Shown: positions 1-11,305 of the stretch, one piece after another
Numbering within the stretch: position 1 is the first letter of the stretch
How the letters are laid out: every line of letters starts with the position of its first letter
Notes under the pieces: model-generated
What the model saw: only the letters and a program-made list of their open reading frames with translations
Told to the model about the DNA's origin: nothing
The model's database searches: none
Assembly: GCF_006345805.1 (NCBI RefSeq)
Contig: NW_021826514.1
Span: forward strand, 1 to 12,677
DNA from: Octopus sinensis
Lineage: Eukaryota
DNA: 12,677 bases
Direction: 5' to 3'
Translations under genes and position numbers: made by a program

Positions 1-2
1 TC

Positions 3-5
<3 letters not shown>

Positions 6-62
<57 letters not shown>
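6..62. repeat. (TA)n followed by short (CA)n microsatellite
   Basis: Direct reading of the sequence. Confidence 0.95.
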
Positions 63-499
63 TATGTATATAATTTTATTCGAATGAACCCTATATAAAT
101 AGTGTTTAAATTATGATAATCAAATTTTTATCATCTATCAAAGTTACCATACCCTTATAGACTACATTAGCTAAATTACGATTGTTATTAAATTTATATG
201 TAGTCTTATCCATACATGTACAACAAATTATATCTTGGTCTTTATTATTATTATTGGAATCAATATTTAATTTACTTTGTAGAATATATTTAATTTAAAT
301 GTATTAAATGAAGAAATAATATTACCAACATTTCTAGTAGTTGAATACCCAACTCCAAAATTATTATTAGAAAAAAATGTTATAATATTTTTATTATCGC
401 TAATGAATATTTCAATTATATTTAAAATCTTTTTGATAACATTTGCTTTAACCTGAGCCCCAAAAGGAACGATTAACCATATTTTATTCTTATCTTTTA

Positions 500-500
<1 letters not shown>

Positions 501-563
<63 letters not shown>
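501..563. repeat. (ATT)21 microsatellite
   Basis: Perfect ATT run of 63 nt. Confidence 0.95.
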
Positions 564-750
564 TTAACTCTAATATTTATAGCTTGTACTAGAATTAAGT
601 ATATTACTTAACATGAAGGTTTTTAATATAGATTACTTAATGTGTATAAGATTTTATTGAGATGTTTATTAAATAAATAAATTAACTAATAATTTAATTT
701 ATGTATATAGATTAAATTATAGAATTTAGTTTTCACTTAATGTATTTTTG

Positions 751-753
<3 letters not shown>

Positions 754-792
<39 letters not shown>
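754..792. repeat. (TA)n microsatellite
   Basis: Direct reading of the sequence. Confidence 0.95.
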
Positions 793-795
<3 letters not shown>

Positions 796-840
796 GTTTG
801 CAAGATTCTTTATATGAGTTTGGTGTGGTTGAAGCATATT

Positions 841-1056
841 CTGTTGTGTCTGGGGAGAGTCATTTTCTTTTTGTGCCTTATTATGTAACACACTCACCGG
901 TAAAATTTCCACTAGTTTTGACTCTCAAGTATTGAAAAGGTTTCAAGACCTAACGAAAATTTTAGGACAATAAAAAAAAGAAAAAAGTGGAAATTACCGG
1001 AGAGTGTGTTACATAATAAGGTACAAAAAGAAAATCACTCTCCCCAGACATAACAG
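841..1056. mobile_element. Short non-autonomous inverted-repeat element (MITE-like, or a Penelope-type inverted fragment)
   Basis: 841-913 is the reverse complement of 986-1056 (4 substitutions plus one 2-nt indel over 73 nt), with a 72-nt spacer. The right end is followed by (TA)n 1057-1071; the left end is preceded by TT, not TA. The inverted repeat is certain; the element class is inferred. Confidence 0.7.
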
Positions 1057-1524
1057 TATATATATATATATCTGTCGCTGGATTGATGTAGAAACATGCG
1101 TTTGTATTGCTGCATATAAAGTTTCATCAGTCAATTTAGTTCGTTGAAATATTACATCATTTTCATATTGAAAAAGATTTTTCATGGACTTAGTGTTATT
1201 GAAGAAAAACTAACGCGAATGAATTTAACTATATCGTGTAGCTTCTCTGGTAGCTTTTTTCATATTGCAAATATTTGATAGAATAGTGATAGAGTAAATT
1301 ATACGGATCTGCAATTGACCAAGAAGTTACTGGTCCTGAAAAGCGATCTACTATAAGATATACAAGAAATATTACTATGTACTTTAATATACAACCATGT
1401 AACATTTCTTCACAGGTGATTAGTTTAATATATGTATTTATAATTCATCGCTGCACGAATAAATTAAAACTAATGAATTTTCTTAAAGTCCACTAAAATA
1501 AAACCTAACGTAATTAATGAAAAC

Positions 1525-1650
1525 ATGCATACATATACACGTACATGCATACACACATACATACATGCATACTTAGCTATATTTCTGCATGCAAAAATAT
1601 ATATTATATCCGCCTACATCGTACACATATCAACGTCTATATTGTATGCA

Positions 1651-1697
<47 letters not shown>

Positions 1698-1941
1698 TAT
1701 AATATCCATTATGTTATTATATCATAAATATAAATTACAAACACACACATACATACATACACATATATAAACTCATTAATTTCATCATTCTTTAGAAAGA
1801 ATTTTCAGTAATTCATTGATTTTAATTTATTCGGTTTTCTTTGAAAACAATATTGAAATCTCATTTCTTAGATATCTTATATTTTTTAATTTCATTATTT
1901 TTCTAATTAAAATATTGGAGCAAAAAGAAGTGCTACTGTAT

Positions 1942-2006
<65 letters not shown>

Positions 2007-2099
2007 ACATATATATATATATATATATAAGCAAAATGTACATTTATACACATAATAACATATGTAGTTATAGATAAACGTATGTATCTTTGTATGTCC

Positions 2100-2130
<31 letters not shown>

Positions 2131-2162
2131 TGTATGTATGTATGTATGTATCCATGCATGCA
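1525..2162. repeat. Compound microsatellite cluster: (CATA)n-like 1525-1570 and 1741-1766, (TA)n ~1660-1692 and 2008-2029, (CA)n 1957-2004, (TATG)n 2101-2150
   Basis: Direct reading; explains the YI/HT/VC-rich pseudo-ORFs in the ORF track. Confidence 0.9.
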
Positions 2163-2269
2163 TGCAATGTAAGCATTGCAACTCATCTATGTAGATTCAG
2201 TTTTGAGTTCAAATTTTACTAGCGTTAATTTGGTTTGTTTTCTATAAAATGATGCTATGTGAATTTAAT

Positions 2270-2518
2270 GGAGTGATATATTGCATGAAGATAACAGGCC
2301 TACAAATACTGCTCGGTCGAAATATGAAATGTATATAATTTAAATGTCTTCATCTCCTTGAGATTATACAAAAAATTAACAGATCAAGTGTGATAACCTA
2401 AAAGAAAAAAGATTAGTGTAGATTGTAGAGTTTCTGATACTGAAGAGCAACTGTTGTGAGTTGTGAATATGTTTCGTTCTTATTACAAGCATTCAGCAAG
2501 GTTGTAAGCAACCTATAT

Positions 2519-2561
<43 letters not shown>

Positions 2562-2834
2562 TATATATATATTTATATTATTAAAATTATATATATATAG
2601 GTTGCTTACAACCTTGCTGATGCTTGTAATAGAACGAAACTATTCACAACTCACAACAGTTGCTCTTCAGTATCATCTCACAATCTACACTAATCTTTTT
2701 TCTTTTAGGTTACACACTTGATCTGTTAATTTTTTGTATAATCTCAAGGAGATGAAAGACATTAAATTATATACATTATATTTTCGACCGAGCAGTATTT
2801 GTAGGCCTGTTATCTTCATGCAATATATCACTCC
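2270..2834. repeat. Long inverted repeat (arms 2270-2513 and 2600-2834) around an 86-nt TA-rich spacer
   Basis: Manual alignment of the left arm with the reverse complement of the right arm shows ~10 differences, essentially all 1-3 nt indels. Confidence 0.95.
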
Positions 2835-2847
2835 TTAATATATCACT

Positions 2848-3175
<328 letters not shown>

Positions 3176-3197
3176 CACTTGAACATTTAAATTTAAT

Positions 3198-3943
3198 TTG
3201 CCAAAATATTTTCGTTGCTCTGAGACTGCGACAATAATAAGGACAAGATTTTAACACATATCACATCTGAAGCCCCAGGGATGAGGAACGCCGTCATCAA
3301 CAAAGAAAGAGCCAAAATCCTTGAAGAAATGGAAAGTCTTCTATCTATTTGGATTGATAGGCAGTATCGTCAGAATGCTATTCATAGTCAAGAAATCGTT
3401 CCGGAGAAAGCGGTCTTTGAGGACCTGAAGAAAAAATATCCAGATGAGAAAGATATAGAGTTCAAGGCAAATCAAAGATGGTTTATGAGATTTAAAAACT
3501 GAAAAAGTTATCACTTCCTTAAGAAGCAAGGTGAAAGCACATCATCTGACGAACACGCAGCAGCCGAATTTCCTGCGACATTGAAGAAGATCATCGAAGA
3601 AAACGAGCAACGAAATAAAGAAGAAAAGCAAGTCAGACCTTAACCACGCTACTTCACCATTAAGAAAATGCAGTAAGCATTTCGCTCGGTGTGCACACAT
3701 TGAAAAAGGCCTTGTTATGTTCGAAGATATGGATCCAAATGCTCATCGCTTTTCCAAGATGAGTTGCAATGCTTACATTGTCACAAAGTTTTGGCTCCTT
3801 ATAACGTAATCCTTGATAAAAAGAAGAGGATACTTCAAGGCACTCTTGACCAATTTTTCAAACGCATCGAACGACAATAAGAACTGCCAGAATCAGCTGA
3901 TGTTGACGTCGACGATCGTCAACCATCTACATCTATAATGTAA
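3198..3943 (+). pseudogene. Tigger/pogo transposase remnant: CENP-B-type HTH plus C-terminal tail, DDE domain absent
   Basis: EEMESLLSIWID...EKAVFEDLKK...FKANQRWFMRFKN*KSYH...GESTSSDEHAAAEFPATLKKIIEE matches the HTH-CENPB/linker pattern. It then continues directly into C-terminal motifs FTIKKM, FEDMDPNAHRF, KKKRILQGTLDQFFK and QPSTS (stop 3941-3943). There are several genuine in-frame stops (3500-3502, 3641-3643 and others). Confidence 0.8.
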
Positions 3944-4281
3944 ATACCATCAAATTTTACGTATTGGTAAATTTAAAACACTTAATTTTTTTTTACTTGA
4001 TTATAAAATAATAATTATTTGTTTGTAAGCTTAAAATAGGTTTTTATTAACCATGTGTTATTGAAAATAACATAAATAAAGTACAGCACTGGGGAATAGC
4101 TATTAGCTATGTAAATACCACCAAAATGTATGTACTGCTAAATTTAAAATACTTCAGTTTTCTTTTTACTGTATTACAAAATAATACATTTGTTTATAGA
4201 CTTAAAATAGATTTTTATTAACCATGTCTTATTGAAAATGCATTCATAAATAAAGTACAGCACTGGGGAATGGCTATTAGC
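3938..4281 (+). repeat. Diverged tandem duplication, two ~171-173 bp units (3938-4108, 4109-4281)
   Basis: Both units start ATGTAAATACCA, share TTTTTATTAACCATGT, and end CATAAATAAAGTACAGCACTGGGGAAT(A/G)GCTATTAGC. Confidence 0.9.
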
Positions 4282-4936
4282 AGTTTAGGCTAGGCTAGGC
4301 CAGTAATTCGACTCAAGTCGTGTCTCCTGGAACCAATCAATGACTTAGGGTGAGGTATACCTGTTGTTTATACATATATATATATATCTAGATTATATAT
4401 ATATATATATATATATTACAACAGTTAAATATAGCAATAGTTTACTTTTACTTTCTTAAAGTATATTACTTTTTTTTATTACGAACGAGGGATATTTTGC
4501 GCAGATCCCAATCATCAAAACAATAGCAGCAAAATGTCCTTAATTCTTGAATAAGGAAATACTGAAAAATGTGGACTTCTCTGTATTACAGCCGAAAACA
4601 AAATAAAACAGAATGACGCAAAAAGAGCAAGTTATTAGAAAGAAGATAACATTAATTTGAACGTGCGCTTTATCAGGACTGGTTTTGTACTGTGTTAACA
4701 GTAATAGTACAATGAACACCCATCATCTACATAATAACTCATATGAAGTAAATACAGTTGTGATCCTATAAAACATAATATAGATGTAATTCAATATAAA
4801 TATATTTTACGGAGCAGATAAATAGGATTCGATATAAATGTATTTCATGGAGAAGCAAACATTGTGATCCTGAATGAGTAAATTTTATGGGTGTGATTCT
4901 GCATGTTTGTATAAAATAAATAATAATGTACCTGTA

Positions 4937-4960
4937 CTCTCTCTTTCTCTCTCCCTCCTG

Positions 4961-5034
<74 letters not shown>

Positions 5035-5100
5035 CAAGGTGGGTAAAAAGTACCACACCAAAACATTTCCCATTTAATTTATATAACATTATTATTGTTC

Positions 5101-5150
<50 letters not shown>

Positions 5151-5210
5151 GTTATTATTATTATTATTATTATCATTGTTGTTGTTGTTGTTGTTGTTGT
5201 TCTTGTTATT
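4937..5210. repeat. (CT)n 4937-4958, (TA)n 4961-5034, (ATT)n/(GTT)n 5088-5210
   Basis: Direct reading of the sequence. Confidence 0.9.
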
Positions 5211-5255
5211 AAGGCGACGAGCTAAATATAAATTGAATATATATTAAAAGTCAGA

Positions 5256-5931
<676 letters not shown>

Positions 5932-5976
5932 ACCATCAGTGAGTCCACCACCACCACCAACACCGACAACAACACC

Positions 5977-7863
5977 ATGGCAGAATCTGCTACTAAAACT
6001 GCTATCCCTACTAAAGACGTCGCCACCAATAACAATACCAACATCACCATCACCGCCACCAAAGACCGTGCCGTCAATGCTACTAATACTACTAACACCA
6101 CCGCCGTCACCAAGAACGACAATAACAACAACAACAACAACAACAACAACACAACAACAACGACGACGACGACAACAACAATCCCTTCAACCACTGCTCA
6201 CTCCATCACCAACAAGTGAAAAAATAACGACGACAAGCAAACGAAATGCCGAAATTTGCGCTAATGCAGGACTAATAACGCAGGCAATTTTCCACCCCTT
6301 GCTAGTTGCATAATCAGCAACCACAACCTACAACCCACACCCCTGCCATCACACCAACACATTAACAACAATAACAAAACAACCAAACTTCGCCGAGGCG
6401 ATAAAGAAAAGGTAACAAAAGTTTCGTTTACTACACAACAGATTAAGATTGCAGAAACCTTATTACAAATCAAACGGAAAATACTCTTACACATACCTCA
6501 GCACATACTGAATGAGGAGAAAAAAAAGACAATGTATATAAAATCACAATAAAAAACAAAAGTCCAGAAAAGGCAAGCACAGACAAAGTCGAAAAGTGCT
6601 CGCCCCCATCTGGGATATACAAGGATTGTGTGACTTGGGCGAACAAGTTCGCACACGTACAGGTGGTTTTTCAGAATGAAGAGTTGGCGAAGAAATTCTC
6701 AACGATAACCCTTCATTCTGATGAACTAACGTTGACACCGAGTTACCTCGGCCAGAAGGTGACGAAAGTCATTATCAGTGGTGTCCCCCAAGTGACTACA
6801 ACACTGTGGATACATCCGCCTTAACATCCGAAATGGAGGACATAAACATCCTAGATATCGGTGTTTCGGAAAACAAGGACTGGCTGGGAAAGAGAATAGA
6901 GTTCCTCTTCCACATAAGTCAAGAGGACATAAATAAAATCCCCTCCCACGTACATCTTGAGGATGGCCGCAAGTTATACGTAGTAGTCGAGGCAGAAGGC
7001 CACGATGCTATACATGTGGCAGTGAGGCACACCTCAAAAAGGAGTGCAAATCTGCCGCAAAATTACAACAACAACAACAGCCACAGGAAAAATCACAAAA
7101 GCCAGGATTATTGCCCACACCCACAATATGGACAGCTAGTCAAGAAGCTGTATGCGGAAATGCAGGAAAAACAACAAGAACAAACCAACCCAACCAAACA
7201 ACACCAACACCAGCGCCAAGAACAGAATCATCACCACCAACAACAAATAAACCAATTCCAACACCAAGAATAACAACGAAGAAGACAAGCACCAAGGATG
7301 TAGGAGAGACAATAACCACAACAAACCCCCCAGCAACACCCTCCCGCGCACCACAACAATATCTACAACCGCACAAACACACCCAGACGCTTTACCCTTG
7401 CCCCCTGCTGATTCGTCAGACTTTTCATCTAACGATGAAAGTTCGACAGAATGGCAATAGCCACAGGGGTAAAAGAAAAAGATCAAGAAAAACCAAACAA
7501 GAAATCGCAACCAAAGCAGGGAGATACCTGAACCCTGAAAACTCCATACACAACAAAACAAGCACCAACACCACAAAAACAATGCTATCAGCGATAGACA
7601 CAAAAGACTCCAAACTAATGGAGTACATCACAGGATACACAAACATTTGTGAAGATGACTTTAAAATAGCAATCATCCACGCACTACACCACCCAAACAC
7701 ATCAAAATACTACACATCACACAAACACAACACCACAAACTCAAAGCCCTCTTCCAAATGCTGTAGGGGTTTCCAGAAATATCTGTCCCAAAAACTATAT
7801 AGAAACCTCCTCGAAGACACATCAAAGAACGAGGAAGCCAAAACTTTCGACACAAGTAAGTAA
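5977..7863 (+). CDS. LINE ORF1 (gag-like nucleic-acid-binding protein), frameshifted as assembled
   Basis: ATG in CACCATGG context at 5977 and an Asn/Thr-rich N-terminus. A globular segment (VTKVIISGVP...LYVVVE) is recoverable by joining the 6630 and 6806 ORFs. Zinc knuckle CYTCGSEAHLKKEC (CX2CX4HX4C) at 7006-7047 is in frame with the 7111-7863 ORF; a basic KRKR patch follows and the stop is 7861-7863. The start and the reading path through 6150-6620 are uncertain. Confidence 0.72.
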
Positions 7864-7912
7864 CTCTCTGTACTTTCATTTGTGTGTTTTAAAGCACACA
7901 CCCAATAGAATC

Positions 7913-10900
7913 ATGGTCAAGATTGGTTGTGTGAATGCGCGTGGCTTGGGGTCTCCTTGGAAACAAGGATACCTCCTAAATGACATCAAGTCACATGATT
8001 TGGGAATCATAGCCATAAGTGAGACCAGACTCCACGAGCCACGGCCCTAAAGTCCATGTTTGGCGGACAGTTTAACATTTATTTCGCTCCCTGTCTGCCG
8101 AGGATGGGCGGTAGTGGCACCGCGGTACTTTTTCACAAGAGCCTGGATCTCGAAGTCAAGACGATATTCGTAGACCCGGAGGGTAGACTGATCGTTCTGG
8201 ATGTTGACGGCAGCAATGGGTGCGCTTTTCGACTCGTATCAGTCTACGCACCGCCCTTAACAGGTCGGGCGGATTTCTTTCGACGTCTAGAAGTATTCTT
8301 GGGAACGTCTCGTCCTTTACTCTTAGTGGGGGATTGGAATGCTACCTTGGACACGCATGTAGACTACGTGGGTAGAGACAGAAACAGAAGGGGATGCAAA
8401 TGCCTCAGAGACCTGCTCAGACGATTCCAACTGTCTGACAGGTACCGACTCGACCACCCAAATGCACCAACGTGGACATGGAGCAACCGCAGTGGGTCGT
8501 CGAGATCGTATCTAGATAGGATACTGTGTAGGACAGTAGACAAGGATAACTTAGGATGTCCACAATTCCACACAGTCAGCTACACGGATCACAAATTGGT
8601 GACGTGTACGCTAGACTTAGATAAGGCACATAGACAGGGTCCTGGGTACTGGAAACTGAACGCATCATTCCCGTCCAGACAAGTTTTCAGAGACCGGATT
8701 AGCACACTAGTAAAGAGGGCTTTGACGGGAGCCATCATCAACAAATGGTGGTTTGCCCTCAAGAGAGCAGTAAAAGCAGAAGCGATTAGGTACAGCAAAG
8801 CACTAGCCATAGATAGAAATAGAGTAGAGGGTGAGCTAGTTAAGAAGCTAGAAGAGGCAATTAGAAGCGGCATCGCATCCGACGTTTTGGCGGCGAGGTT
8901 GGCCCTCGACCAACACTTCAACGCCAAACACGAAGGATGTGCTGTCAGAGCTAGGATGCGTGCTCTAAGGAACGAAGGTGTTGGAGCCGCGAGAGAGGCC
9001 CGGGTGGCAGAGGCGCAACAGGGCAACAAAGCCACCATTCGGTCACTGGTAGATGAACAGGGCGCGAATTGCTCGAGCCAAGTAAAATGTGTGAGGCCTT
9101 TCAGCAGCATTTTGCCCGACTGTTCGGGACGAGTGGAGGGCAAGAACGTAGGGTAGACTTCAGTGCCTACCTACATAGCCTGCCACGACTCTCGACAAGA
9201 AAGGCAGGGTGCTGCGAAGGTGCCATCACGGCGGCGGAAGTGCGGGAAGCGATGGCAGAATGCTCGAGGGACAAATCACCGGGTTTGGATGGTCTACCCT
9301 ACGAATTTTACTATTGTATGCCAGACTTGTTTGGAGACGTCTTGGCAGCGGTATACTGCAACTGGCAGCAAAACGGGAGCATACCCGGTTTTGTGAGTCG
9401 AGGAGCTGTAACTCTGCTGAAGAAAGATCCAAACAAGGAAACATTATAGATAACTTTAGGCCAATCACTCTGCTCAATGCAGACCTGAAAATTTTGACAA
9501 AGGTGTTAGCCAAGAGGTTGGCGCTTGTCATGGAGAAACTGGTCGACAACGCACAAACGTGCGCCGTGCCGGGCCGGAGCATCCATGACAACCTCCATCT
9601 GATGCGCTACATCATAGACAGGGTAGTTAACGAACCTGGCATGGGTGGGGCCCTGATCAACTTGGATCAATCGAAAGCCTTTGATAGGGTAGACCATCGA
9701 TACTTGGAGGCAGTCCTGAGAGCGGCTGGTTTCGGTCCCGTCTTTCCGCGGCTGGATAGCTGCCTTGTACAGAGGCATCCGTTCGGTAATTCGCGTAAAT
9801 GGACATCTATCGAGACCCTTCGACATTGCACGTTCGGTCCGTCAGGGATGCCCCCTCTCGGCGCTTCTATACGTATTGACTCTTGAGCCACTACTGCGGA
9901 AGCTGGCGACTCTGAGGGGCATCCCGCGAGAATTAGGATGCGGGACGAGCGTGTCTGCATACGCGGACGACGTCACCGTCATAGTGTCAAGCCACGAGCA
10001 CATCGAGCGGGTCGGCGAGACACTGAAAGACTACGAAGCGGTGACAGGAGCAAAAATCAACCGGGAAAAGTCAGTGGGCTTGCGGCTCGGCACCTGGAGA
10101 AGCAAGCCCATGCCGTCCACCAGTACCTCCGTCGTGGGACGCTGGACAGACGGCCCGGTTGAGTTGCTCGGGGTCTGGTTCGGTCCGGACCTCCAAATGG
10201 AGAAGAACTGGAACGAGATAACGAGTAGGAAACTGTCCCTAAAAGGTCGGGCGGAGGTGGTGAACGCGTACATCGCGTCCATCATCTACTACCGCCTGAC
10301 CGTCGTACCTTGTCCCGACCCTACCATCACCAAACTAGAACACATCCTCTTCCGCTTCTTGTGGAAAGGATGCGTCCCGATGGTCAGGCGATCCATTTGC
10401 TGTCAACACCCGTTAAAAGGAGGGCTGGGCATGCCGTGGTTGATGATGCGCAGACACGCGCTGAGACTGCGACATCTCCGGCTCTATGTAGACGACGGTG
10501 AACAGGTGTGGTCGCCGTTTGTGAGGCACGCATTCCCGCAACTCGTCTCCATGACCGAACTACAGTCGTGGATCAAAAAGAGGCCGAAGAAGGGCGAATG
10601 GCACCGCGAGTGTCGCGTTGCTCTCAAGCAACTCTGCCGTCCCGGGTCGACCTTGAGTGACTTCAACACAACCAAAGCATTCTATAGGGGATTAGTGGAG
10701 GGAGGTACGACGACGAGCTCGGGGCAAACCTGGGCGTCGACGAGGAATACCTGACCCGCCTGTTTCAAACGACTTTCGGCCCGGGACCTATGGACAACTT
10801 CCAGAGATCCCTGGCCTGGCGGTGCTACCGAGAAGCGCTACCCGTTCGGGATAAGCTCTATAGGCATGGCTCGAGAAACACGGGGCGACCTGCCCGAGAT

Positions 10901-11305
10901 GCGGGCAGAGCGACGAAACCGCTCTGCACGCAATCGTGCAGTGTCCAGCAATTTCCCACCTGTGGGCTTATGTCGAACGACTGCTGTCACGTGTGGGACG
11001 TGTCGGTTTATCAGCCGAGTCTATCGTTAATATCGTCACGCCTCCTTCCTTCAAACGGGAAGGAAGAGCTATTTTATCATACTTGTGGCTATGGCGAAAG
11101 AATGTATCTGGTGGACGCGTCTGAAAGGATTAGAGACAAACACTTTCCTCTCTGGTCAATCTCATCAACTTCTTCAAGTATCACTTGAAGAAAAAAGTGA
11201 GAGTAGAGAGGCAAGTTTTGTCTAGTGAATGTTTTAAAAAGATGGGTGAATGTAGCAAGGATGGCACGTATGAATGACGAAGCCACCTTGACTATGATTC
11301 TATGA
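7913..11305 (+). CDS. LINE ORF2: APE endonuclease, reverse transcriptase and C-terminal CCHC; frameshifted as assembled
   Basis: MVKIGCVNARGL (ATG 7913), SETR, VYAP, GDWN, YLDRI, TDHK (APE). KSPGLDG 9273-9293, DQSKAFDRVD from 9665, RQGCPLS ~9840-9860, YADD 9960-9971 (RT). CPRCGQSDETALHAIVQC (CX2CX8HX4C) from ~10890. Reconstructed stop TGA 11303-11305. Confidence 0.92.

Larger units (their letters stand above)
3198..4363 (+). mobile_element. Tigger/pogo-like DNA transposon, internally deleted and 5'-truncated
   Basis: Decayed transposase frame 3198-3943, an AT-rich 3' region, and a TIR-like right end (GGAACCAATC...GTGAGGTATACCTG, ending 4363). No left TIR seen. Confidence 0.75.

Noticed and set aside
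1075-1135. CTGATGA on the minus strand (1124-1130) and GAAACATGCGTT on the plus strand
   Set aside because: The two core halves are on opposite strands, so no hammerhead fold can be completed.
1183-1421. Possible host exon (NLTISCSFSG... / SKLYGSAIDQEVTGPEKRSTIRYTRNITMYFNIQPCNISSQ ending at CAG|GTGATT), faintly Ig-like
   Set aside because: It needs two assumed frameshifts, has no convincing acceptor, and the same CAG could equally be an acceptor. A BLASTX or RNA-seq check would be needed.
3546-3552. CTGACGA here, and similar core matches at ~6717 (CTGATGA) and ~3424, ~9418 (CTGAAGA)
   Set aside because: They lie within coding frames and lack the stem II-GAAA-stem III arrangement.
3902-3923. 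Hairpin GTTGACG-8nt-CGTCAAC
   Set aside because: It falls in the transposase acidic tail (DVDVDDRQ); the 7-bp stem is explicable by codon repetition.
4758-4871. TTGTGATCCT repeated at 4758 and 4862, with possible minus-strand splice signals
   Set aside because: Similarity does not extend, and no coherent exon frame could be built.
5035-5055. CAAGGTGGGTAAAAAGT after TA, resembling a Tc1/mariner TIR start
   Set aside because: Too short, and no partner TIR was found.
5211-5223. AAGGCGACGAGCT resembling the head of the SINE at 3030
   Set aside because: Only 13 nt, and the rest of the SINE does not resume on the other side of the following insertions.
7136-10675. Minus-strand and alternate-frame ORFs overlapping the LINE
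   Set aside because: Shadow frames of skewed or GC-rich coding sequence with no independent motifs.
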